DNA of 64,000 bases. It comes from Iphione sp. A-MEVVRFRX5. Taxonomy: Eukaryota. The notes beneath the pieces are model-generated. The model ran no database searches, had not been told where the DNA came from, and saw only the letters and a list, made by a program, of their open reading frames with translations. This document shows positions 11,819 to 22,754 of the stretch, piece by piece (positions within the stretch are counted from its first letter, which is position 1; each line of letters starts with the position of its first letter). The position numbers and the translations under genes were made by a program. Location: the NCBI GenBank assembly GCA_976226885.1, contig OZ320319.1:62496001-62560000 (forward strand). Direction: 5' to 3'.

Positions 11819-13440
11819 TTAAGGACTATGTCACTGGACTCAAATTCGAACTCCAGACGGATCACAAGCCTCCGATTCCACTCCTGTCATCTAAGGATTT
11901 ATCCCAGATGCCGCCCAGGATCCTTCGGTTCTGGCTCAGAATGATGGGTTACTGCCCCAAGATAGTGCATGTTCCAGGAAAGGACCAAACAACTGCAGAC
12001 GTATTGTCGAGGGCTCCTACTGATCTCCCAGACAAGGAAGATGTTTCCTTTATCTGTGAGGTAGAGAACTTTGCCTGACAGACAGTGGAGGTACTACCAG
12101 CAACAGCTGTCAAGCTTCGCGAGATCCGACAAGCTCAACGAGACGATGAAGTATGCATGCAAGTGATGGAGTACTGCCAAGTTAGATGGCCAGCATACAT
12201 CCCAGACCAGCCACTACTCCACCTGTACTGGTCGAACCGTCAACACCTGGTCGTAATCGATGATCTCCTACTATATGACGATCGGTTGGTTATCCCAACA
12301 ACACTTCGGATGGACATATTGGAGCGAATCCACCATGGCCATCTTGGTATCACCAAGTGTCGTTCACGAGCTAGGGAGAGTGTTTGGTGGCCTTCCCTTA
12401 GCACCGCTATTGAGGAAATGGTCAAGAAATGCCCATCTTGTTTAAAGTGCCTACCAGAAAGGAAAGAACCACTCCTCACATCACCCCTACCTGACAAAGC
12501 CTGGGAACGAGTTGGTTCAGATCTCAAAGCCTGGGAATGAGTTGGTTCAGATCTCAAAGCTATGAGCAGCATATTTGCCATCCATGGCATCCTGGACATT
12601 GTCATATCGGACAATGGACCATAATATGCATCAAAGGAATTCAAGGAATTCGCACAGAGGTACGGCTTCACCCACATAACCTCTTCACCAGGGTACCCGC
12701 AGAGCAACAGAGAAGCCAAACGAGCAGTGCCCACCATCAAAAATATATTACAGGAGAGTGATGATGCCTACCTAGGACTACTCGCACACCAGTCCTCACC
12801 CCTACAAAATGGGAGCTCACCTGCTGAACTCCTAATGGGGCGAAAGCTACGCACCACTCTACCAAGAATGCCCACAGTCGGAGAAGAAAACAGATCTATC
12901 TGCAAAAAAGAGGAAGACTACCAGGCTAAACAAGTGGCTGATTTCAACCAGTGCCATAAAGCAACCAAGGAACTCTCCAACCTCCCAGAAGGAGACAGTT
13001 TGGCTGCGTGACCAACAGAGAGCTGGTCAGGTGACGGAGAAGACAAGTAGCCCAAGATCGTACATTATCCAGACAGACCTGGGCTCCACTGTCAGGAGGA
13101 ACCAAGGGACACTGATTCCTCTGGAGACATCACGTACCCATGGAGAACCACCCGACATGGACCTTGGAGAAGAAGGAAAAAGAGCTAGACAATAATGTGC
13201 CGCAACAGAGAACTGCAACACCCAGCAGTCCTCAAGAAACTGGTGCCACCACAACACACCGAGATTGTATTGTGAAGCCCCCGAAGAGGCTTGACCTTTG
13301 AGAGCCAGGGGAGAATAATCCCTTAGAATCAGAGGATAGTCTTTCCTATGACGATTCTATATGGCCTAAACACAAGTGAAATTAGTTTAAATATCATATA
13401 AGAACATTTAATTTGGTAGATTGGAAATCTTGAAGGGGGA

Positions 13441-13617
13441 TGTAGTATAATGTTAACCAGCCACCAGCAAGTGCTACCACATAGTGTCTATAATGGGAAC
13501 TATGTCTCTGTATTATTAGCCAATCAACATCCAGTAAAAGATTCACCTCCTGTATGACCATGTGCTAAATAGAGCTGCTCAAAACAAAACAACTCAGCGT
13601 TATTAGTTATTTCTACA
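13441..13617 (+). repeat. 3' LTR of first Gypsy element (177 bp)
   Basis: TGTAG...CTACA termini, preceded by purine tract GAAGGGGGA. Confidence 0.85.
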
Positions 13618-13879
13618 GTAGAGGGGTCCTACTGTATTTTCTAATATGGAATAAGGCATCGAAATAGGAAGGAGGTATGATGGCTTTGCAGATATGGTAG
13701 AAATCCACGGCCAAAGAGAAAATTCTCCAGGGTACTCCGATTCAGAGTGAAATGATGCTGCCTTCTGGAGGAAACCGAAGCAGAAACAGGAGTAATATGT
13801 TTGGAGTGAGGACCCTGCGTGGCAAAATCAATCAAACAACATGTGCCAGATGACTCCTAGAGTGAAAAGCAAAGCTGTC

Positions 13880-14039
13880 TGTAGTGTACCAGTACCACCG
13901 GGTAACATGTGAGGGGTGATTAAGGAGTGAGACACCACCACCCAGGAGCCATGGAGTAACACCACATGTGCAGTGCAGTAAAGGAGTAGAAAACCCAAGT
14001 TAAATCTGTCTTATTATTACCCAGCAAGGGAATATTACA
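13880..14039 (+). repeat. 5' LTR (160 bp)
   Basis: TGTAG...TTACA, direct repeat of 17671-17831. Confidence 0.95.
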
Positions 14040-14040
14040 A

Positions 14041-14054
14041 TGGCGACGAGGATG
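14041..14054 (+). promoter_or_regulatory. Primer-binding site, tRNA-Ser(GCU) type
   Basis: TGGCGACGAGGATG, 1 nt after the LTR, is complementary to the conserved 3' end ...CATCCTCGTCGCCA of eukaryotic tRNA-Ser(GCU). Confidence 0.8.
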
Positions 14055-15716
14055 AACATGAGGAGAAACCAAGGATTAAGTTTTGAGTGAATCCTAAATA
14101 GGGATTTACCAAGGAAGGAAAGTTTTATGCACTGCCATGCGAGGAGGTACCCAGGAACAAAGGAGGAGTGAGGGAGCACAACTCCACTGAGCTTAAATGC
14201 TGGATTTTCTTGGAAGGAGAGAGGATACCTGGACATAATTGTGGCAAGACACAGGAGAAGGACCCTCTTACAGTTGTGAGTAAATATTTGTGTGAAATTG
14301 TGACAGTACAGTGACTATGAGATCAGGAGTGTTAAATCACGTTGAGGGTCGCCATTTTGTTTTGAGAGACTGTAGGCGTGTAGGCGCATGGAGAACAGTG
14401 AAGGAACAACTAGACCACTATCAGATCGTTGAGACTCAGTTGCAGACAAGGGGAACAGGTATTATTCACCTGTGGTGTTATTTTCAAGTGAGAAATTGCG
14501 ATCGTAGCATGGAAATTGCGATCGTAGCATGGAAATTGTGATCGTAGCGTGATTGTAGCATTAGGACCAGTCTGAGAGCTCCTAGACCATCACCAGATCG
14601 TTGTTAAGAAGATATAAGAAGATGTTTATTCATTTGCTGGTTATTTCAAGTGAGATATTGGGAGTGTATACCAGGAACTTCGATTTGTGGTTAAGGAAGT
14701 GATTGTATACATGTATGCGCATATACAATGCTAATACAACGTCTAGAGAGGCTCAAATCCCCTGGGAGGCTCAGAGACAACTGTGGTAGCGTCACCTCGC
14801 CGTTTTGGCGGGAAAGATAGCGTGGGTAGGAGCAGCCTAGGAGGCGTGGCTACCCTGGAGACATCCCGCAAAAGCTGTCAAGTGTTCGCTGGCCAGTCCA
14901 GGAGCGTAGGAACTACAGTAGACAGGCTAAGACGAGTGGGAGAGCTGTCAAAGTCGGCGGAGCTGTCTGGAGATGTCGGAACAAGTGAGTCAAGTCGGCA
15001 AAGTTTAAATACTGAGTTAAAGGAGCGGCCAAGCCTGTCTGGAGTGTTGGAACAACCCAGACAAGGGGGGAACTCGTCAGAATCGGCCAAAGACTGTCTA
15101 CATGTGGGGAAACAATCCAGAGAGGGAGGAAAAGTCGCCAGAAATCGCGGTTCTGCATAAAAGCTGTCAAAGTCGGCGAAGGACTGTCTACAAGTGTGTG
15201 AACATCTGTGAACTAACTGACACTGTTATAGGGCTGATTGTGTGATAAAAGTCGGCATGGACTATCTGGAAGTGTGGAAACAACGTTTGATCACTGAACT
15301 TTGCCAGGAAAGTTTAAATACTGAAAGAGACTGTCAGGACCACCAAGGATTAAATATGGATGTGTGATTATTGATATGTTTAAATACTGAACTTTGATGT
15401 GTGGTAACTGAAGTTTCAATACTGGAAGTTTTGCAGAGACTGATAATACCACTGGTATTGAGAGTTGAACTGAAGTGACATTTGATTCAATTCTGAGGTC
15501 TAGAACCTGTTGTGACATTAATTTTGTCATTTTATTTCAGGAATTCTATATGTATATGTACCTGTATGTTTGCCTGATGCTGAACTTTGTATTGATCCTG
15601 TGGTTGACAATATTTTAGTTTTCAGGTGGTTGGTGCATTATATATATAGGTAGCCTACGAGGTTGAGTTTGGTGGTACCTAGTTTAGTTTAAATACTGTG
15701 TTGGTCTTGATCCACG

Positions 15717-16784
15717 ATGGCACCGATGGAGACACGCAGTATAGCTGAGCGTACAAGTGGCAGTAGTTCTGGCAGTAGTTCCAGTAGTGGTGCCAGCACT
15801 GGTATTATTGATGGCCTAAGGACACTGGAAGTGAGTAGTCTTCCTTGCTTTGACCCCAAGGGAGAGCCTACTACTCTGTGTGCAAGGTGGAAGCGTTGGA
15901 AGCGAGCTTTCAACCTATATGTGATGTCACGTTGTGTGACTGTGGAGGAGCAGAAGGTTGCTCTCCTGTTACACACTGGAGGTATGGAACTACAGGAGGT
16001 GTTCTACACTCTGGTACCTGAGGAGACGGGTATGTCCCTCAAGGAGTGCATTGATCGGCTCGACGCACACTTCGTGCCAACTGTGAACATTCCATTCAAG
16101 AGGCACCTGTTCCGCCAGCTAGAGCAGGGAGCCGGGGAGACAGTCGACCAGTTTGTGTGTCGCCTATGTCACAAGGCTGTTTCGTGTGAGTTCACGGATG
16201 TTGACGAGGCCATCCGTGATCAGCTGATCGACAAGTGTCGGGAACAGCGACTGAGACGCAAGTTCTTGGAGAAGACAGGGAATGCTACATTGAAGGACTT
16301 GGAGGACATTGCGCATGCCTACGAAGCAGTCGAGGCACAAATGAAGTCGATGACTGGGACTGAGGCATTAACTGAAGTGAATGCAGTACACAGGAAGGGT
16401 AACTTCCCAAAGGGGAACAAGGAGGAACAAGAGGGAGCCAGAGGTGCAACCAGAGAAAGAAACAGTGAACATGGCAGTGGGAATAGATGTTTTCGCTGCA
16501 ACAAGAAGGATCACTTGGCAAAGGATCGGGAATGTCCTGCCCGAGGTAAGGAATGTAGCAAATGTGGGAAAATGGGACATTTTGCAGTATGCTGTCGCAC
16601 CAAGGGTCAAGACACTAGACAGAAGCAACAAAGGGAGAAGTACCAAGAAGAGGGAAAAACACATCAAGTGAATTATAGTGCATCAAACAGTGGACAGGTT
16701 GGAGGTTATGGAGACTATATCTTTGCAGTAGGGGCAGAGAATATGGTGGTATGGTTGACCTGGAGGTTGGAGGAGTTGACCTGA
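15717..16784 (+). CDS. gag: Gag polyprotein with two CCHC zinc knuckles (355 aa)
   Basis: RWKRWKRAF, FRQLEQGAGETVDQF, IRDQLI; knuckles CFRCNKKDHLAKDREC and CSKCGKMGHFAVCC. Confidence 0.9.
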   Translation: MAPMETRSIAERTSGSSSGSSSSSGASTGIIDGLRTLEVSSLPCFDPKGEPTTLCARWKRWKRAFNLYVMSRCVTVEEQKVALLLHTGGMELQEVFYTLVPEETGMSLKECIDRLDAHFVPTVNIPFKRHLFRQLEQGAGETVDQFVCRLCHKAVSCEFTDVDEAIRDQLIDKCREQRLRRKFLEKTGNATLKDLEDIAHAYEAVEAQMKSMTGTEALTEVNAVHRKGNFPKGNKEEQEGARGATRERNSEHGSGNRCFRCNKKDHLAKDRECPARGKECSKCGKMGHFAVCCRTKGQDTRQKQQREKYQEEGKTHQVNYSASNSGQVGGYGDYIFAVGAENMVVWLTWRLEELT

Positions 16785-17620
16785 GATCTGTATTGATCGA
16801 CTCAGGTGCATCCTGTAACATCATGGACAAGGCAACCTGGAACATGATGAAATACAACAAGGTGAAGTGTGTGTCCCGACTGTCCAACAAGAAGCTATTT
16901 ACGTATGGGCAAGCCAAGCCCATGGAGGTCTTGGGAATATTTGAGGCTGAGATAGTGTGTCCAGCCAGCAAGGAACATTGTCAAGATGAGTTTACTGTTA
17001 TCAACGGGACTGGAAAGACTCTTCTTGGTAAGCAGACTGCAGAAAGGTTGAATGTACTACGTGTGGGACCACCCGAGTCACCAAGAGTGTATTCCACTAC
17101 TGCGGAGGGGAATGATACTAATATTCAACAGAAGGACTCCAATGTATCCACTCACATTGGGAACTGGAAAGAAGTCCAGAGGAATTCTTATGTGAATGAG
17201 CCAAATAGGCTGGAAGCCAAACTAGTGAGGAGGCTACCATGTTGCCAACATGATAAAGGTGATGAAGCCATCATCAGACAACAACATTCTGGTGCAAATG
17301 AGAAGGAAGATGTGGAAAGGAAGGTGAAAAGGAAGGTGAAGAAAAATATGGAAAAGAAGTTAAAGGATGCAACTGTGAAGACAGAGGACAGAACAGTGAC
17401 AAGGAAGGAGAGAACAAGAAAGATGGATGATGAGAAGGTGAAGACAGATGATGAAACAGCAGAGGCAACATTCATGTATGTGAAATGGAAGGAAAAGGAT
17501 TCACAGAGTGCATCTAATGTCAACAGTGAGCAATACTCTGTGAAATCAAAGAAAGGCTATGGACTCAGTAATATAGGAACACTGGGTCATTTAAGACATC
17601 ATGACTGTGTATTGAAGTAG
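16751..17620 (+). CDS. Retroviral-type aspartic protease plus divergent pol remnant and K/E-rich tail (-1 frame relative to gag)
   Basis: VLIDSGASCNIM active site and LLGK motif; then a degenerate pre-RT linker, a Lys/Glu-rich stretch and a pol-like C-terminus (HLRHHDCVLK). Confidence 0.8.
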   Translation: MVDLEVGGVDLRSVLIDSGASCNIMDKATWNMMKYNKVKCVSRLSNKKLFTYGQAKPMEVLGIFEAEIVCPASKEHCQDEFTVINGTGKTLLGKQTAERLNVLRVGPPESPRVYSTTAEGNDTNIQQKDSNVSTHIGNWKEVQRNSYVNEPNRLEAKLVRRLPCCQHDKGDEAIIRQQHSGANEKEDVERKVKRKVKKNMEKKLKDATVKTEDRTVTRKERTRKMDDEKVKTDDETAEATFMYVKWKEKDSQSASNVNSEQYSVKSKKGYGLSNIGTLGHLRHHDCVLK

Positions 17621-17670
17621 ATCTGAAGTCAGGGATGATAGGAAGTTTTGTTTCTGAAGAAAGGAAGGGA

Positions 17671-17831
17671 TGTAGTGTACCAGTACCACCGGGTAACATG
17701 TGAGGGGTGATTAAGGAGTGAGACACCACCACCCAGGAGCCATGGAGTAACACCACATGTGCAGTGCAGTAAAGGAGTAGAAAACCCAAGTTAAATCTTG
17801 TGTTATTATTACCCAGCAAGGGAATATTACA
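17671..17831 (+). repeat. 3' LTR (161 bp)
   Basis: Preceded by polypurine tract GAAGAAAGGAAGGGA (about 17656-17670). Confidence 0.95.
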
Positions 17832-20501
17832 CTGTCGACTTTAAATATTTGGTCTAGGATAGCTGTGTCTGAATAACCAAGTCAGAACAAATGCAACCAC
17901 GGATCTAATCATTTTAAATCCTCACATGGGGCAAAGCACTCTGAATCCTTTTAGGAATATCATGAACATGTACGTATGTTATTGATATTATTGAGTACAA
18001 TTTCACAACACTGCCCCTTTGTAGATATAGATATATGTGTTGATAGATTTGCAGATATTGCTGGCATTATCTATTAAAAAATGTCTTCCTGACTTATCCC
18101 AGTCCAACCCTCACACCCTCCCCGTTATTGTTAGATCTTAGGCTATACCCAGTAGCATCTGTTGCAGTCTCTGATGCTTCAGCTGTTGTCAAGCTTTAGC
18201 ACCTTAAAAACAAACACTGGACAATAGTAAATGGTCTATTTTTATATAATTGAAGCTGATTTAAAATAGTTTGTGCATCAGCCTGTTAAAAATCATAAAA
18301 AGTGACTTGGAATTATATGCATTAGTTGATTCTTTACTCTTTTTATGGCTGTAAGGCCTTGCATAAGTGTGTTCATACCAATCATCACTACACACTTTGC
18401 ACATAGGATACGCAGATTAATACTTCTTCAAAATAAATTTGCTTCTTTCTGTATTTCAGCCATCACAACAGTAATAAATATATTGGAGAATGGAAAAGCT
18501 ATCAAATAAGGTTCCCATGAGGCCAAAACAGGTCATCTAGGTAGAATAAGCTAAACAATATGACTAGTATCATGTGCGAATAATATTGTTTTAATAAATT
18601 CAAAGATTTATAGTCTATTTGGAATCGGCCTTGGGTATTTCCCTCTTCGTTAGTGTGTTACCTAAACTGTGTATTTTTAGGTAGGGCCCCATTTTTCTAG
18701 TTGTGGGGGGGGGGGCTAACCAGAAACACACCTATTTTTGTGGCCTACTCACATGCATCTCCTCTTGGTTTCTTGCACATGAACATTTATACCATTCAAT
18801 ACCTTATTGGTTTAAAATTGAGTCAGAACTAGTTAATTCTATTAAATGCCTGTAGTGGAGAGCTTATGATGGTCAAACAAGAAGTCTGAGCTGAACGGTT
18901 TAGATTCAGGCAGTTTTGACCTCATTTTCAGGTCAGGTGATTGGGCATTCTACACACTCAGTTCTTTGTACCAGAAGGATTTGCAATACATACATCGTCA
19001 TGCTTATAATAGTGAAGATTGCTGTCAATATGAAATTTATTAAGACTTTCTTCTGCTTACTTCAATATTCCTTCAAGTGCTAATTTCCTCCCGTATTTGG
19101 TTTTATTTACTTCTATTTTTATTTGGAACACATCAATCCTTAACGAAATTAAAGTCACCTTATTAACGATTAACAAAAAAGGATTACAATCCTTAGTAAT
19201 TTTGACAGTAGCAAACATTTCTTTATGTCACTAACGTTACTGATCCTGGACCATTGTTGAAGAAATATATTGTCAATATATCTTGCGTACCTTGATTGGT
19301 GCCAATATGTCCTTGTCCTAGCTTTAGATGAGATTTTATATGAGATTTCCAAAACCCTCTTTGCACTGGATTCGTTCATTCAATTGGTGAGCTACCTAAG
19401 GGTGGGTGGCATTGTTATTTCAATGTATATCCAACAGAGGGCCTCCTGGTATTCAGTTGGCCCAGAGCGCCAACCTATAATTAGCTGCTGCTGCATGGTC
19501 AGTCTTGCTGTTGTCATCGCTCGAAATTGGTCGTTCCAATTTGCCGTGCTCGTATCCTACATAAGTTTCCTACATTATGGAGGACAAGATAGCAGAAATG
19601 TCCAATGCCTTCAAGGAGGTAGCAAAGGAACTAAAGAATGTCAGAGCACATATGGATACCACTTACCACATTCGGTATGCTCACACAATCCAAGACCAAG
19701 CCTACCGCAGTCACCGGCATGACCCCTACGCTGGAATCAACCGGTGCACATGGTGGTGACAACAACATTGACCAAGACAATGAAGACACAGATACACAGA
19801 ACGGAGATCAACTTCCCTCTCCCGAAGAACTGAGAGGTTTAGCTGAGGGCACCATGCGTGATTTACTGAATGAGGTATATCCAGACTCTGTAGCCTTCAA
19901 AGGTAGGAAAACACGATACTCTTCAGCAGTGTATGTGTACCAAAAAGGTAATCAGAAGCCAGACTTAGCTACATTGACCCTCAGTCAGTATTTTAATGGT
20001 GCCCTACACATGTTGATGGACAAGAAGGCACCAGAGACATTGGATAAGAAAGCCCTAGTACAGCATAGACTTATCTGCTGAAGCCCACAACCTCCCCTGG
20101 CCACCACTAAGGGACTGGGTAGGGGAGGTGTGGGATGGTTTCAATTTTGGTAGGATTACATTGCAGGATCATTATAAAATAGAACAATGTAAGGCATATA
20201 GGCCCAGGGAAACAGTCACAGTATGTTCAGACTGGTTAGCTGCCAAGTGTAAGCTGAATCCCCCACATGAAGTGTCATCATGTTACGTGTCTCATTGCTG
20301 TCCAATCTGCTTACATGTGCATGGTAAACAGCTCGATCACAAGTTGGAGACCTGCAGGACCAAAAAGAAGGCCAACAAGAATGAGACTTCCACTTGGTCA
20401 AAGACGAGCGACAACCAACCGCAGCCTCAACGCAAGCAGAATCACTGGTAGATGTACAAGACCCAGTTCCAGCCCCTTAGACAGCAGAGTATGCAGACCA
20501 A

Positions 20502-22626
20502 ATGAACCAGACCAGTTCCCACAGACTTATGCCTAATATTCAATTTCTTTCAGATTTTCCCCCGGACGTCGACAGATGTACAGTCAAAAGGCTAATACAT
20601 TGGCCTAATAGCTTACCCATATTAGATGAAAGGTTTTTAAAAAGCTCATATATGATAGAGTGCGTATCACAGGCAGACCCAATTACCTCGAAGCTAGAAT
20701 AGAAGTCCCATCACAGTTAAATCATGCAGAATGGTACAAAATGTTGTCCAATATGCCAGGTACTGGTCCCCTGATGAGTTATATAAGGTACGGTTTCCCA
20801 ATAGGGTATACTGGTTACCAATTACCTGATAGCTCTAGCTATGCCCCCTACCCATTCGATTCTATATATAATGATTCGCTAAAACATTACATAGATACAG
20901 AAATGACTTTTGATGCCTAATTGGGCCCATTTGATTCCCCCCCCTTCACTCAAGTAACTGTTTCACCATTGACATCCCGCCCCGAACATTCATCCAAATA
21001 CAGGAGGATTATAGTTGATTTATCCCACAGTTCCGTCAATGCTAATATTCCTGAACATTCATATTTGGGCCTACTGGTATTTCTTACCTTACCAACCATC
21101 GACACCATGATTTCATTGTTACAAAGTTGCCCAGACCCGTACATATTCTCACTAAATCTCACTAGAGCATACCACAATTTCCCCACAGATCCAATGGACT
21201 GGCCATTGTTAGCCATTAGAGCATTTGATAGTATTTTCGTGGATACTAGACTCCCATTTGGCACAAGGTTTAGTTCACTGCTGTTGCAAGTGTTATCAGA
21301 ATGTATAGTTTCTCATATTTGTTCAAAGTTTACAGGTCTACATGCTCTCCCATATTTAGATGACTACAGAGAGTATTCCAAAACCGAACACTCGAAATCC
21401 AAATTGGCCGAAATCCGAACGATATTTCCAGGTACGAATCGTTTTGCTCTATGTAGGTATTCAGATATACGAAATATGCCAATTCCGAATCCGAACGCTT
21501 GTATTTGGTCAAAATTAGTTAATATTACACTCGAAATCCGAATGCTCTGTCGATCGAGGTGAGAGCACGTCAAAGGTTAGCGACTTGGAGGGGAATCAAG
21601 CTTGCCCCGGTCGACGGGGCCTCTCCATAGGTGTCGATCGAGGTGAGAGTCGTTCAAAGGGTAGCAACTTGGAGGGGAATCAAGCTCGCCCCGGTTGACG
21701 GGGCCTCTCCGAAGGTGTCGATCGAGGTGAGAGTCGTTCAAAGGGTAGCGAATTGGAGGGGTACCAAGCTCGCCCCGGTCGACGGGGCCTCTCAGAGGCT
21801 TCTGCGTCATCAAAGGTTAGCGAATGGGAGGGGAACTGGGCTTTTCTTTTTTTTCTCTCCATTATTTCAGGTTTAGATTAGATCCCATTCATTATATGAT
21901 TTATTTCATTTTTATAGATATGCATGGTCAAAAGTCACTTTTTGGTTGTTTTCTCTCCATTATTTCAGGTTTAGATTAGATCCCATTCATTATATGATTT
22001 ATTTCATTTTTTTAGGTATGCATGGTCAAAAGTCACTTTTTGGTTGTTTTCTCTCCATTATTTCAGGTTTAGATTAGATACCATTCATTATATGATCTAT
22101 TTCATTGTTATAGATATGCATAGTCAAAAGTCAGTTTTGGAGTTAAGGGGGGCCTGAGGCCCCCCCTAACTGTGTGAAATTGAGAGTGGCCTTAAGGGGG
22201 GCCTGAGGCCCCCCCTAACTGTGTGAAATTGAGAGTGGCCTCAGGCCACAACTCCAAATACGAATTATCCCAAATCCGAACGATTTTAGCAGAAACGGCG
22301 ATCGTTCGGTTTTGGAATTCTCTCTGTATATATTCATGTCCGATGATCTTGCGGTAGCCATGCAGGCTTATGAGTATGCTTGCAACCATATCGCAGCCCT
22401 AGGCCTTAAGCCAGCTAAGAATATGTGTTGTCCACCCACCAAGCACTTGACTTGGTTGGGAATTTCTTTCAATTTGGTCAAATTCCAAGTTACCATACCA
22501 ATGCAGAAGGTACAAGCAGTTCTATCAGATATAAAATCTATAGTTCACTCGTCTCAAATTTCTCTCCGAAAATTTAATTCGATTTTAGGATCACTAAACC
22601 ATTTATCAAAATTATTGCTGGGATAG
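20502..22626 (+). pseudogene. DIRS-type reverse transcriptase
   Basis: YIRYGFPIGY, GPFDSPPF, RIIVDLS, LTRAYHNF, RLPFG, YLDD, LTWLGI; stops plus a MITE insertion at 21367-22326. Confidence 0.85.
21367..22326. mobile_element. MITE of the same family as 9194-9790 with different tandem-array cargo
   Basis: TA TSD (21365-66, 22327-28); 22-bp TIR CAGAGAGTATTCCAAAACCGAA with one mismatch; arrays of 84 bp x3 (21549), 98 bp x3 (21853), 49 bp x2 (22144). Confidence 0.9.
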
Positions 22627-22754
22627 ACACCAAAACTCTTGAAGGCCAGTTGTGAATAAGATGGTCTTTATTTGGCAGATGTTTCCCGTTTCGTCGTTGT
22701 GTGTGACTTCTTCAGGGGCATTTATCAAAATGTATACAGCCAATAAGGCTTTTT

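Larger units (their letters stand above)
10089..13617 (+). mobile_element. Ty3/Gypsy LTR retrotransposon, 5'-deleted and decayed (RT, RNase H, integrase, 3' LTR)
   Basis: WCSGMVVVRKPNGRVQIWVD, KLDANSGF, RLPFGISSAP, YHMDDILI, ADACTSGLGA, EKETLAAVWACEKF, TDHKP, HHGHLG..C..C, SDNGP; many stops. GTAG at 10085-88 and 13618-21 is a candidate 4-bp TSD. Confidence 0.9.
9924..13634. mobile_element. CAGTGGAACCTC-type (pogo-like) MITE split by a Gypsy insertion
   Basis: 5' part CAGTGGAACCTCTCTACTACGGAC at 9924-10088; 3' end GTAGAGGGGTCCTACTG+TA at 13618-13636. Confidence 0.65.
13880..17831 (+). mobile_element. Non-autonomous Gypsy-type LTR element encoding Gag and protease only
   Basis: LTRs 13880-14039 and 17671-17831 differ by one indel and one substitution; 5-bp TSD CTGTC (13875-79, 17832-36); PBS and PPT present; no RT, RNase H or integrase motifs. 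Confidence 0.92.

Noticed and set aside
21549-21800. CRISPR-like array of palindrome-containing repeats
   Set aside because: The sequences between palindromes are homologous to each other rather than unique spacers, there are no cas genes, and the context is eukaryotic and inside a MITE.
9344-22250. Repeat unit lengths 63, 84, 98 and 49 bp are all multiples of 7
   Set aside because: Post hoc pattern from four values; the 31-bp array in the same family breaks it.
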